This document shows positions 46,536 to 55,951 of a DNA stretch of 64,000 bases, one piece after another. This stretch comes from Escherichia coli (GTDB taxonomy: Bacteria > Pseudomonadota > Gammaproteobacteria > Enterobacterales > Enterobacteriaceae). The notes beneath the pieces are model-generated. The model did no database searches. It was not told the DNA's origin and saw only the letters and a list, made by a program, of their open reading frames with translations. A program made the position numbers and the translations under genes. The stretch is from assembly GCA_005400705.1 (NCBI GenBank), contig GCA_005400705.1_4079.1, one strand, 5' to 3'. Positions within the stretch are counted from its first letter, which is position 1, and every line of letters begins with the position of its first letter.

Positions 46536-47468
46536 ATGCCAACTATTACACTAACAGTTGGATTACCTGGGTGTGGTAAAACCACATGGGCAGTTCAAGA
46601 AATTAAAAATGCCAAATCCAAGACTATCAACATCAACCGTGATGATATTCGTGAATCTATGGCTGGGTCACATGATGCTTACAAATTCAACGATGCTAAT
46701 GAGCAGTACGTAACTAATTTACAGTTCAGTGCAGCAAATTCAGCAGCAGAGAATGGTTGGAACATCATCATATCCGATACAAACCTTAAACAACATTTCC
46801 GTAATCTCTGGAAAGTATGGGCTAAAGATAATGGTTATGATTACAAAGAAAAGAACTTCTATGATGATTTTGTACCTAATGAAGACCGTGGTGCAGATGT
46901 TCATGAATTCTTTAAGATTAAAGAGTTCGTAAAACTTTGTAAGAAATATAACCTTCAGCGTGAGCGTTCAGTACAAGATAATATCATTGACACAATGGCA
47001 GATACGTACTATTATAGTAAGGCATTGCACATTGGTTACTATGGTAATTCACGAGAAGCTGCTGTTATCGTTGATATTGACGGTACTCTTGCTCATAAAT
47101 GGGGTCGTAATCCTTACGATGAAAGTACTGTTCTTCAGGATACACCTGATGAAGAAGTTATTTTGTCTATTATCGCTGAAGCAGTTTTTCATAAACGCAA
47201 GATTATCGTCATGAGTGGGCGTACTGAAGGGTGTCGTACTGACACCGAACAGTGGCTTAAGAATTGGGGTGTTCCTTACGATGCATTGTTTATGCGAGGC
47301 ATCGATGATAAACGTCCTGATGATGTTGTTAAATTCGACCTGTACATGAAAAATGTGGTTAATCAATACGATGTTAAAAAGGTATATGATGACCGCGAAG
47401 CCGTGACGTTCATGTGGCGTAAGCTACTTGGTTTGAAGGTATTTCAAGTAGATTTTGGACGTTTTTGA
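46536..47468 (+). CDS. pseT: polynucleotide 5'-kinase / 3'-phosphatase (T4 Pnk-like)
   Basis: N-terminal P-loop LTVGLPGCGKTTWA and HAD phosphatase motif VIVDIDGTLA; 310 aa. Confidence 0.8.
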   Translation: MPTITLTVGLPGCGKTTWAVQEIKNAKSKTININRDDIRESMAGSHDAYKFNDANEQYVTNLQFSAANSAAENGWNIIISDTNLKQHFRNLWKVWAKDNGYDYKEKNFYDDFVPNEDRGADVHEFFKIKEFVKLCKKYNLQRERSVQDNIIDTMADTYYYSKALHIGYYGNSREAAVIVDIDGTLAHKWGRNPYDESTVLQDTPDEEVILSIIAEAVFHKRKIIVMSGRTEGCRTDTEQWLKNWGVPYDALFMRGIDDKRPDDVVKFDLYMKNVVNQYDVKKVYDDREAVTFMWRKLLGLKVFQVDFGRF

Positions 47469-47508
47469 TAAAATAAATAGTGCATATATGACAAAAAGGA
47501 CTTTCTAT

Positions 47509-48195
47509 ATGCACTATTATATTATATATAAAATAACCAATTTAATTAATAATAAAATTTATATTGGTGCTCATATGACTGATGACATAAATGATGAATA
47601 TATGGGTTCAGGTGTTCTGATAAAGAAATCCATTAAGAAATATGGAATTGAAAAATTCAATAAAGAAATACTTTATATTTTTGATAATAAAGAAGAAATG
47701 TATAACAAAGAAAGAGAAATTGTTAATGAACAATTTATACAAAGAAGCGACACATATAACATCAAACGTGGTGGAGAAGGTGGCTACGGCGTAATTGATA
47801 AAGAAAATTGGAAAAAACAAATATCAACGGCACAAAAGAAGCGATATTCTTCAGGTGTTGTGGCTTGGAATAAAGGTAAATCTGTATCAGAAGAAACACG
47901 TATTCAAATGAGTCAGAGGATGAAAGGTCGTTTCCCTGGAGATAAAAATCCTATGCATGGTAAACCCTGTACATATAAAATGACAGATGAAGAAAAAACA
48001 TCATGGTCCAACAATATAAAGAAATCAAACACTGGTAAAAAGAGAACTGATGTTCAAAAACAAAAATATTCTTCGGTCGCGTCAAAACGAATTTGGTTAG
48101 TTCATAAAAGTGGTAAAGTTACTAATACACAAAATGAAAATGACCCACGTTTGAATGATCCAGATTGGCAACGTGGTCAAAAGTGGAGAGAATGA
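47509..48195 (+). CDS. GIY-YIG homing endonuclease
   Basis: YIIYKITNLINNKIYIGAH ... NIKRGGEGG motifs and NUMOD-like WNKGKS repeats; very AT-rich; start could be ATG 47488. Confidence 0.7.
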   Translation: MHYYIIYKITNLINNKIYIGAHMTDDINDEYMGSGVLIKKSIKKYGIEKFNKEILYIFDNKEEMYNKEREIVNEQFIQRSDTYNIKRGGEGGYGVIDKENWKKQISTAQKKRYSSGVVAWNKGKSVSEETRIQMSQRMKGRFPGDKNPMHGKPCTYKMTDEEKTSWSNNIKKSNTGKKRTDVQKQKYSSVASKRIWLVHKSGKVTNTQNENDPRLNDPDWQRGQKWRE

Positions 48196-48220
48196 ATATT
48201 TTTATGGATTATAATTTTTG

Positions 48221-48246
48221 AGGGATCATAATTTGGTCCCTTTTTC
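48221..48246 (+). terminator. rho-independent terminator
   Basis: Hairpin GGGATCA-taatt-TGGTCCC followed by TTTTT. Confidence 0.6.
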
Positions 48247-48439
48247 TTTTAAGGTACATTATAGTGAATGTAACAACACAGATGTTATTGCGAAAAGACT
48301 ACTTAGAAAATATAGAAAGATTCTATAGAATGTCTTTGTATGAAAATAAACATAAAAATTATAATTTTGATAAACTACTAAATTCCAGTACTGATGATTA
48401 TCTATTTTCATCAATGTTTTATGTGAGAGGTTTATTATA

Positions 48440-48700
48440 ATGGATAAATTTCACACAGATATAACACAGATAGGTAATCTTATCAATAGTCTAATTACTG
48501 ATTTAGAAGAAAAGTATTTAGGTCGAAATGTATACGTAGAAATGTATGAAACATATGGTGTTATTGATATGATTTATTACAGTGCATTGAAGTGTGAAAT
48601 ACGTTTAACAGTATGTTTGTTTGAAAAAAATACATTCAACAGAAGTACTGCAATTCGCCAAGTTGGAGTTGATGATATAGAATTATACGAGGAACAATGA
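48440..48700 (+). CDS. family D small protein
   Basis: Motif DLEEKYLGRNVYVEMY. Confidence 0.55.
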   Translation: MDKFHTDITQIGNLINSLITDLEEKYLGRNVYVEMYETYGVIDMIYYSALKCEIRLTVCLFEKNTFNRSTAIRQVGVDDIELYEEQ

Positions 48701-48951
48701 TGTTTGAGCAGGACTTAGAGATATTCAAAAGTCATATTGATTACTTGACTATATTAGAAAATGATTTAACTACAAAGTACAAAGGTATTCGTGTTCTGTG
48801 CTGGTATGATGATTGGGATTATAAACGTGAACTCACTATTGATCGAATTTATTTCAGTGACGGTGTACTAAATGTACATGGTGTAAATGATTTTGGTCAT
48901 TCATATACATATTCTAATAATGCTAAATTTAAAAGGATCTGCAATGAATGA
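48697..48951 (+). CDS. family D small protein
   Basis: Motif DLTTKYKGIRVLCWYD; ATGA overlap. Confidence 0.55.
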   Translation: MMFEQDLEIFKSHIDYLTILENDLTTKYKGIRVLCWYDDWDYKRELTIDRIYFSDGVLNVHGVNDFGHSYTYSNNAKFKRICNE

Positions 48952-49246
48952 ATATTATCATAATTTATTCGATTACATAAAACTAATAGATGATCTTTCT
49001 TTTGAATTTCTCAGTACTGAAAAAGTTCTTGAACCTCTCTATTATGATTGTATTAGTTCACTATCTTTAGATGAAAAAGAGATATTATCAAATAATTTAC
49101 CGTCAACCGTCTGTGTAATCAATGGTTCCAAGGCTGTGGTGTCTGAGGTTAATTTTCATAAATCACTTAATACAATTGTTTACAAGTTCGATAACACTTG
49201 GATCAATCATGTAACCAGTAATATTAAATCTGTGAGATTTTTATGA
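48944..49246 (+). CDS. hypothetical protein
   Basis: ATG 48944 overlapping upstream stop; AAAGGA upstream. Confidence 0.5.
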   Translation: MNEYYHNLFDYIKLIDDLSFEFLSTEKVLEPLYYDCISSLSLDEKEILSNNLPSTVCVINGSKAVVSEVNFHKSLNTIVYKFDNTWINHVTSNIKSVRFL

Positions 49247-49539
49247 ATATAAAAAAATTATTTGAACAAGTAAATTTATTGTACTGGTGTTCAGACGGTT
49301 CAGATAAGGAATATAGTGAAGTTTATTTAGAACTGTTTAGAACTGAAATTCATTATATTCGAAGATACTTAATTGATAACAAAACTAAAGTACAAGTAAG
49401 ATACCATAACGGTACTTTAAAGGATGGTATAATTATTGGATTGATAGTTGCACGATGGTCTAGTAATATTAAAGTTGCAGTAAGATTAATGACTGATGAT
49501 GGTGTCTACACAATAGAAGCTAGTGAGATTATATATTAA
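49243..49539 (+). CDS. hypothetical protein
   Basis: 98-aa tiling ORF; ATGA overlap. Confidence 0.55.
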   Translation: MNIKKLFEQVNLLYWCSDGSDKEYSEVYLELFRTEIHYIRRYLIDNKTKVQVRYHNGTLKDGIIIGLIVARWSSNIKVAVRLMTDDGVYTIEASEIIY

Positions 49540-49845
49540 ATGGATATACAAACATTCAATAAGCTAAAGTACTATGATAATGGTTTTGCATTAATAATTA
49601 ACGAACTTGATGGGATACCATACGAATATCATAATCAATTAATGAAGATAGTAAAATGTATATGTGAAGAATTAAAAAGTATGTTTAAAAATGAATATGT
49701 TTATGATTTAGGTAATAGTAGCAAAAAACTATACATAAAGAAATTCTGGGGAACGCATTGTGGTTTAATGGTCGATTTAGGTTTAAGTTTAGACGATAAT
49801 TCTGAATCATGTTCATTATATATAGATGAAATGCGAATATCATGA
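49540..49845 (+). CDS. hypothetical protein
   Basis: 101-aa tiling ORF. Confidence 0.55.
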   Translation: MDIQTFNKLKYYDNGFALIINELDGIPYEYHNQLMKIVKCICEELKSMFKNEYVYDLGNSSKKLYIKKFWGTHCGLMVDLGLSLDDNSESCSLYIDEMRIS

Positions 49846-49860
49846 GACGTATCAGAATTC

Positions 49861-49885
49861 GGTGATATAATTTGATTACATCACC
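49861..49885 (+). promoter_or_regulatory. TGATATAAT box embedded in a hairpin
   Basis: TGATATAAT 49863-49871 inside inverted repeat GGTGAT 49861-49866 / ATCACC 49880-49885; just upstream of RBS GGAGAAG. Confidence 0.45.
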
Positions 49886-49902
49886 AATGTGGAGAAGTTG
49901 AA

Positions 49903-50229
49903 GTGAATGGTTCGTTTTTAACAATTTTAGAAAAGACATCCGAGATGCTTTCTAGTTCGTTAATGCACATTTTCAGTACTAATAATTTATACAATACCCA
50001 GGTGTTAGATTCAATTAGTAATAACTATGTGGTAAGTATATCTGATGAAATATGTCCATTTAATGCGTATACGAATTATAGTGTAGAAGAGTTTCATATA
50101 TCCGAAATTCGATGTGGTTTTGGTGCTTGGTTAGTTCTAAATGAACGTTCAGGGACGTCTTTATACATCGAAGAAATTGATAAATTTATATACAAAGGAG
50201 TAGAATATGTTAACCCCAATCATTCTTAG
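49903..50229 (+). CDS. hypothetical protein
   Basis: 108-aa ORF; apparent GTG start after GGAGAAG. Confidence 0.45.
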   Translation: MNGSFLTILEKTSEMLSSSLMHIFSTNNLYNTQVLDSISNNYVVSISDEICPFNAYTNYSVEEFHISEIRCGFGAWLVLNERSGTSLYIEEIDKFIYKGVEYVNPNHS

Positions 50230-50836
50230 CAGTGCATATGTAATCGGTATTATTATTTCTGGTATGCTTGCATATAACTATAACAGAAGTGTTCTAGGTT
50301 ATGTAGTACTTGGTACAGTACTAAGTCCAGTGATTGCTATTGGTCTTCTTGTTATGCTAGGTGAGAAAAATACAAACTTCTTTATTACTAAAGAACTTGA
50401 TAAAATCACCCCAGCACCAGAAACAGTTATTCCAGAAGTTAAAGAAGAAGTTAAAGAAGTTGAAGTGCAAATGCAAGTTAAAGTGTATAATACACTTGAA
50501 GAAACTGACCCTAAAGTTGTAGTGAATGTAGTTCCAGTCGTTGAAGATGTGAAACCAAAAGCTCCTAAAGCACAGAAAAATACTAAAACTGCAAAGAAAG
50601 CTCGTTACACTAAAGGTAAGAACAAAGGTAAATCTAAGGATGAACCACAACTAGGTGTTCATGACCATACTGCACAAATTGCAACGGCAGCGACCGCAGC
50701 AGCAATCGTAACATCACCAATCTACAACAATGATGATTACAGTGATTATAGCCGTCACAGCAGTTCTTCCTCTGATTCTTGTTCCTATGATAGCTCTAGT
50801 TCTGATTCAAGTTCATCTTCTGGAAGTTGTGATTAA
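50207..50836 (+). CDS. membrane protein with low-complexity C-terminal region
   Basis: Two N-terminal hydrophobic helices; lysine-rich middle; Ser/Asp-rich tail SSSSSDSCSYDSSSSDSSSSSGSCD. Confidence 0.6.
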   Translation: MLTPIILSSAYVIGIIISGMLAYNYNRSVLGYVVLGTVLSPVIAIGLLVMLGEKNTNFFITKELDKITPAPETVIPEVKEEVKEVEVQMQVKVYNTLEETDPKVVVNVVPVVEDVKPKAPKAQKNTKTAKKARYTKGKNKGKSKDEPQLGVHDHTAQIATAATAAAIVTSPIYNNDDYSDYSRHSSSSSDSCSYDSSSSDSSSSSGSCD

Positions 50837-51165
50837 TGTCAATGAAACCACTAATTCAACATAATATTTTTTATAGGTCATTATTCAAAATTCAAGATGA
50901 TTTTTATCAGACGTTGAGTAATGATCTTATAGGTAAAACTGTACGATATTCGGAACAATACATCAAACGTATGACAAGTCAGTATATTGACCCTGAATAC
51001 GAATACGACATTGAACACATTAATCCCAATACTAGAATGAAAATCATTGAGATATTTAAGAATGGGAGAACTATAGGTGCTGAAATTGAGTACTTGAATT
51101 GTGATTGTTACATAGATACAGAGTTGAGTTTGGATTATCTTGTTTTAGTGGATGATGAGGAATAA
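50836..51165 (+). CDS. family D small protein
   Basis: Motif NDLIGKTVRYSEQY; TAATG overlap. Confidence 0.55.
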   Translation: MSMKPLIQHNIFYRSLFKIQDDFYQTLSNDLIGKTVRYSEQYIKRMTSQYIDPEYEYDIEHINPNTRMKIIEIFKNGRTIGAEIEYLNCDCYIDTELSLDYLVLVDDEE

Positions 51166-51167
51166 TT

Positions 51168-51383
51168 ATGATAACATTTTTCGCAATATATGGATTTGTA
51201 GCATTTGTTACATTTATAACCAACTTTCTAGTACTTAATTGGGGTTGTTTTAAAGATGAAATCATGATTATCATGAATCTCCAAACAGCAGCACTGATGG
51301 CTATTATTTGGCCTGTAACGTTAGTATATATTTTTATTTCACTTACCCAAGATATTATTAACAAATATAAGAGAAAGAAATAA
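51168..51383 (+). CDS. small membrane protein
   Basis: Two hydrophobic segments; RBS GAGGA. Confidence 0.55.
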   Translation: MITFFAIYGFVAFVTFITNFLVLNWGCFKDEIMIIMNLQTAALMAIIWPVTLVYIFISLTQDIINKYKRKK

Positions 51384-51634
51384 TGTTCAACAACGACTTA
51401 TCACATTTGCGATATCTTATGTCTTTGGCTGATGATTTTATAAATGATCTGAAGCCAAAATATATTGGTCAAGAAGTACGATTAATAAACTCCAGAGGGT
51501 ATGGAAAATATATTATTACTGATATGTATATTAGTGGTGGTGAATGGCGTTTTAAAATTAATACTTATCTTAAAGATGGTTCTTTTGCTGGAACACAAGT
51601 TACTAAACACACTAATATTATATGGTTGGAGTAA
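51383..51634 (+). CDS. family D small protein
   Basis: Motif DLKPKYIGQEVRLINS; TAATG overlap. Confidence 0.55.
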   Translation: MFNNDLSHLRYLMSLADDFINDLKPKYIGQEVRLINSRGYGKYIITDMYISGGEWRFKINTYLKDGSFAGTQVTKHTNIIWLE

Positions 51635-51636
51635 TA

Positions 51637-52380
51637 ATGAAACATTTCTTAGAAGTAACCGTACCTGATGATAAAGATTTATACATTGTAGGTGATTTGC
51701 ATGGTAATGGTAAACTATGGGATGCTACAGTGAAAGAATTTGGTATTACACACAATGATTATGTTTTCAGTGTAGGTGATATTATCGACCGTGGAGAACA
51801 AAATTCAAAGCTCCTTTTTGAATTTTTGTTCGGAGAAAATCGTTACATGATTGCAGGTAATCATGAGATGATGTGCGTTGATTCGGAAACACTTCGAGAT
51901 TGGTATCATTGTTGGATAAGTAATGGTGGTGATAAATTCCTTGATGAAGTTGGAGGAACAGGCATTCAATTCTTTCGTCAGTACTTAAAAGATCTCCCTA
52001 TGATTATCCAAATCAATCACCGAGGCTTGAAGATTGGGTTAGTTCATGCTGGAGTTCCGTTGGAATATACAACATGGGAACGATTTGTTAATGGGACAAA
52101 ATCACTTAGTGCTGATATAATTGATAAGTGCTTGTGGGATAGGAAAACATTCGATTATTGTAGAACGAATAATACCTATTATGCACCTAAGTTAGATGGA
52201 GTGCATTGTGTCTTTAGTGGACATACAGCAGTTACTGATCCACTCATTTATGGTAATCGCATTTGGATTGATAGTCAGTTCTTGACGGGTGACTTAACTC
52301 TCGCTACTCCACAAAGTGGTGGGATGAGATACTTACGTAAAGAAAAAGATGAATACTCATTCAATCGTTTCAAAAGGTAA
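51637..52380 (+). CDS. Ser/Thr protein phosphatase (lambda-PPase-like metallophosphoesterase)
   Basis: Motifs GDLHGN, GDIIDRG and GNHE in canonical order; ATG 51637 after GGAG (track start 51622 is in frame but overlaps the upstream gene). Confidence 0.8.
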   Translation: MKHFLEVTVPDDKDLYIVGDLHGNGKLWDATVKEFGITHNDYVFSVGDIIDRGEQNSKLLFEFLFGENRYMIAGNHEMMCVDSETLRDWYHCWISNGGDKFLDEVGGTGIQFFRQYLKDLPMIIQINHRGLKIGLVHAGVPLEYTTWERFVNGTKSLSADIIDKCLWDRKTFDYCRTNNTYYAPKLDGVHCVFSGHTAVTDPLIYGNRIWIDSQFLTGDLTLATPQSGGMRYLRKEKDEYSFNRFKR

Positions 52381-52385
52381 TAATT

Positions 52386-52655
52386 ATGCATGATGTAGTT
52401 AAAAAATATTTGAATGATAGATATATTATGAAAAAATCTATTAATTCTATCCTAAAAGATCATGCTAATCAAATACGTGAGATTCTATCAAATAAACTTA
52501 TTGGTTGTTCAGTTGAGTTCAATTACAAAAAGAATGTAGTGAAGATTGGAGTTATTAAACGTGTAGTTGCTGTTTATGACCAAAATGTATATGTTGAAAT
52601 TGAATATGATGGTAAATTATCACAATTAAGTACTGAAGATTTAACATTTTTATAA
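52386..52655 (+). CDS. family D small protein
   Basis: Motif NKLIGCSVEFNYK. Confidence 0.55.
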   Translation: MHDVVKKYLNDRYIMKKSINSILKDHANQIREILSNKLIGCSVEFNYKKNVVKIGVIKRVVAVYDQNVYVEIEYDGKLSQLSTEDLTFL

Positions 52656-52665
52656 GGAAATAGAA

Positions 52666-52893
52666 ATGAAAGTAATTCAAGTTATGGTAGAAAAATACCA
52701 AACTGAAGATGGTCGTATTTTTGATTCAGCTAAACAAGCTGAACACCATGAACGTATTATTTCGGGTGCACGTAAAGTGTGTCCTACATGTAATGGAACA
52801 CAACAAGTACCGTCAGAAGATTACCGCAGCTTTTATGCTTGTCCACACTGTGATGGGAAAGGCTATGTAGAAAAACAAGAGGTATGGAAATGA
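52666..52893 (+). CDS. small zinc-ribbon protein
   Basis: CPTCNG ... CPHCDGKG. Confidence 0.55.
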   Translation: MKVIQVMVEKYQTEDGRIFDSAKQAEHHERIISGARKVCPTCNGTQQVPSEDYRSFYACPHCDGKGYVEKQEVWK

Positions 52894-53303
52894 AATTGTA
52901 TTGCTTAACTAATATGTACTGTCAAGGTGTCCAAGCTGGTATTCAAGCATTCCATGCTGGTGTTAAACTAATTAAAGAATATGAAGGTACTGCTTTCAGT
53001 ACTATTATTGATGAATGGTACTATGAACACGAAACTATTGTAGTACTAAATGCTGGTGGACATGATAAATTAAATTCTTATTATAACAACCTTAGCAAAC
53101 AGGGGAAAGTTCCGTTTGCCAAGTTCAATGAAGCTGGATTGAATGATGCTATTACCTGTGTAGCAGTACTGTGTACGTCTGAAATGATTGAAGACATGGC
53201 TGTTATGCGTATGAATCTTCCTGCTGGTGATCAACTAATGCAAGTAAAATATGGTGCATTGTTTGACACACTAAAAGCAATCAGTACAATGAGGACTATT
53301 TGA
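52890..53303 (+). CDS. hypothetical protein
   Basis: ATG 52890 in ATGA overlap, nine nt after GAGG. Confidence 0.55.
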   Translation: MKLYCLTNMYCQGVQAGIQAFHAGVKLIKEYEGTAFSTIIDEWYYEHETIVVLNAGGHDKLNSYYNNLSKQGKVPFAKFNEAGLNDAITCVAVLCTSEMIEDMAVMRMNLPAGDQLMQVKYGALFDTLKAISTMRTI

Positions 53304-54502
53304 TGGATTTTCCAGAGAAGTTATTTGTTGCACGTTCCTATGTAAACCACAACCAAGTTGATGGTTTTATTATCGATGCAACAAAATCACATACAAAAGC
53401 GTTTGAAACAAAGAAAGAGAGAGCAGAGTACTGGGCAAAGAAGAACAATCTTCCATCGTTATATATTGACAACGTTCCAACTACTGGATTTTGTGTAGTT
53501 GATAAATTAACAATTCATGCACGAGAAACATATTTCACAATCCGTCACCCAGAAGGATTTGAATTTATGATTAGTGCCAAAAACATGAATGATTTAATTA
53601 TCAATAACGATATAATCAAAGGTGTTTTTGTAGACCCAATGTTTTTCAACAATAACTTAGAATTAATTAATGGTAAAACAAAAACATTTGCTAAGTTAGT
53701 TGAAAAAGAAAATAAAAAAGAACAACAAAAAGAAACTGTAGCAGGTCTTAAAGTTGGTGATGGTTTCACGTATCTCAAAGAAGATTACTATTACTGCGGT
53801 AAAGTACATGCAATTTGTATAAAGAAAACTAAAGAATTTGCATACCCCGACAAAAGTTCTGTTTATCATTTACTTTTTAACAGTACTCGTGGAACTTATG
53901 CATTGAATCAACGTTTGGATAATTACAATCTTGAACCTCGTGCACTCTTGAATAAGAAGACTACGGCAGATGAAGAAATTAAACTTGCTAATGAATTTTG
54001 GCAAAGCTATAGAACAAACAGACATAACCCATTAGGTGAATCTAACATTCCAGTACTGGTACACAATAAATCATTTAAAGCAAAAGACCTAAAAATTAAA
54101 TATGAAGAAATAAATGTTGATGATCTTATGAATAATGGACGTTTCAACGAGAACGTACCATTTATGACTAAAGATAATGAACAATCTTATCGCGTATTTT
54201 TTGGTGTAAGTAATAATACAACACGTAGTTATTATGGACGTAGCGGGGATTATAATATTCATTATAATGATAAATTTGAACGCTTTAGTGCATACCCAGT
54301 TCAAATTGATGATAATGGAATTATGTCAATGGATGTTGATATTAATGAGCACACATCATTTAGTACATGGAACGGTTATCGTTCACCATTCTTTCCACCA
54401 AATGAACGTAAAACATCAAGTAGTCGTTACTACCAAGATAAGCCGTGCCACGTCCAGCTATCAATTAATAATCCACTTTATATTGGAAAGTATTATCTAT
54501 AA
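53303..54502 (+). CDS. hypothetical protein
   Basis: 399-aa ORF; TGATG overlap; no motif recognised. Confidence 0.6.
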   Translation: MDFPEKLFVARSYVNHNQVDGFIIDATKSHTKAFETKKERAEYWAKKNNLPSLYIDNVPTTGFCVVDKLTIHARETYFTIRHPEGFEFMISAKNMNDLIINNDIIKGVFVDPMFFNNNLELINGKTKTFAKLVEKENKKEQQKETVAGLKVGDGFTYLKEDYYYCGKVHAICIKKTKEFAYPDKSSVYHLLFNSTRGTYALNQRLDNYNLEPRALLNKKTTADEEIKLANEFWQSYRTNRHNPLGESNIPVLVHNKSFKAKDLKIKYEEINVDDLMNNGRFNENVPFMTKDNEQSYRVFFGVSNNTTRSYYGRSGDYNIHYNDKFERFSAYPVQIDDNGIMSMDVDINEHTSFSTWNGYRSPFFPPNERKTSSSRYYQDKPCHVQLSINNPLYIGKYYL

Positions 54503-54513
54503 AGGAATATACA

Positions 54514-55932
54514 ATGAGCATTTTAGCAATTCTTGAAAGCATTAAAAATACTAGCAGTACTCTAGGAAAAAAAGCTATTCTTGAACAAAATAAAGATAAT
54601 GTAACTTTACAAAAAGTACTGAAATATACACTCGATCCTAGTATTGTAAGTGGGTATAAAAAGCTACCAGACGCTGATAACGTGTATCAACATATGACAT
54701 TGGATGAAGCTATTGATAAACTAGAATGCATCTATAAGCGTGCATTGACGGGACATACAGGGCGTGATTTCATTGCTTCAGTACTAGGTAGTGTGAGTCC
54801 AGATGATGCTGAAGTTCTTCGTAAGATGCTTACAAAGAACTTAGATTGTGGTATTCAAGAAAAGAACTGCAATGATGTATTTGGTAAAGGATTTATTAAA
54901 GATGAACCATATATGCGTTGTTCTTTGCTTGATAAAAAGACTGTTAAGAACATCAACTTCAAAGGTCATGGTTATGCTGTCTCCGAGGTCAAGATGGATG
55001 GTCAGTACTTAAACCATGTAGTCATTAATGGTGCTCTTACCTCTTCCTCCCGTAATGGTAAACTATATGACTTCTTAGGTTGTCGTGATGGTGAGATGGC
55101 AGGTCTTGCACATCAAATTCAAATGAATGATGAACGTTTTAGTAGTGGTGTCGTCTTTATGGGTGAAGGTCTAGTACTTGATAATGACGGTGAAACTATT
55201 CTTCCACGAACAACTGGTAATGGTATCATTCAGAAGGCTGGTAAAGATAGTATTAGTCAGAATGAAGCAATGCGTACTGTATTTGTACTATGGGATGTTG
55301 TTCCGTATGATGCATTCTGTGAAGGTACATGGAATGTAAAACGTAAAGAACGTCGCGAACTTCTTGAATCTGCCATCAATGTATTGGGTAGTGATTTTGT
55401 ACGTATGGTGAAATACCGTAAGGTTCAAAACATTAAAGAAGCATTTGAGTACAATAACGAACTCATGGATCAGGGTGAAGAAGGATCAGTACTGAAATGT
55501 GAAGATGGTATCTGGAAATCACATACATCTCCTAAGCAGTTGAAAGTAAAACTAAAAATGCAATTGGATTTGCGTATTGTTGGTTTCAACGAAGGTGAAG
55601 GTAAGCGTAAAGGTTCACTTGGTTCGTTACAACTTGAAAGTGCATGTGGCACACTGAAGGTAAATGTAGGAACAGGTATCCGTGAAAAAGATGCAGAGTG
55701 GACATTCAAAACCATTTGGGAACGAATGCAAGAACTAATTGGTAAAGTCGTTACCGTTGAGTGCAATGAGATTGTAATCGACAAGCGTACAGGTGAACCA
55801 TCACTATTTTTACCAGTGTTTATTGAATTTAGATTTGACAAAAACACTTGTGACGATTATACTCGTATCTTAGAAATTCGTGATAGTGCTGTTGAGGTGT
55901 TCTCTAACAGTATTATTGAAGCACTTAGCTAA
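54514..55932 (+). CDS. ATP-dependent DNA ligase (T4 gp30-like)
   Basis: N-terminal ILESIKNTSSTLGKKAILEQNKDN resembles the T4 ligase N-terminus as remembered; adenylation lysine motif EVKMDGQYL; 472 aa. Confidence 0.8.
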   Translation: MSILAILESIKNTSSTLGKKAILEQNKDNVTLQKVLKYTLDPSIVSGYKKLPDADNVYQHMTLDEAIDKLECIYKRALTGHTGRDFIASVLGSVSPDDAEVLRKMLTKNLDCGIQEKNCNDVFGKGFIKDEPYMRCSLLDKKTVKNINFKGHGYAVSEVKMDGQYLNHVVINGALTSSSRNGKLYDFLGCRDGEMAGLAHQIQMNDERFSSGVVFMGEGLVLDNDGETILPRTTGNGIIQKAGKDSISQNEAMRTVFVLWDVVPYDAFCEGTWNVKRKERRELLESAINVLGSDFVRMVKYRKVQNIKEAFEYNNELMDQGEEGSVLKCEDGIWKSHTSPKQLKVKLKMQLDLRIVGFNEGEGKRKGSLGSLQLESACGTLKVNVGTGIREKDAEWTFKTIWERMQELIGKVVTVECNEIVIDKRTGEPSLFLPVFIEFRFDKNTCDDYTRILEIRDSAVEVFSNSIIEALS

Positions 55933-55951
55933 TCATTTATTGGAGGTAATT

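Noticed and set aside
48264-48439. Possible about 58-aa ORF in the gap after the GIY-YIG gene
   Set aside because: No convincing RBS, and the region more plausibly holds the promoter for 48440; kept out of the feature list.
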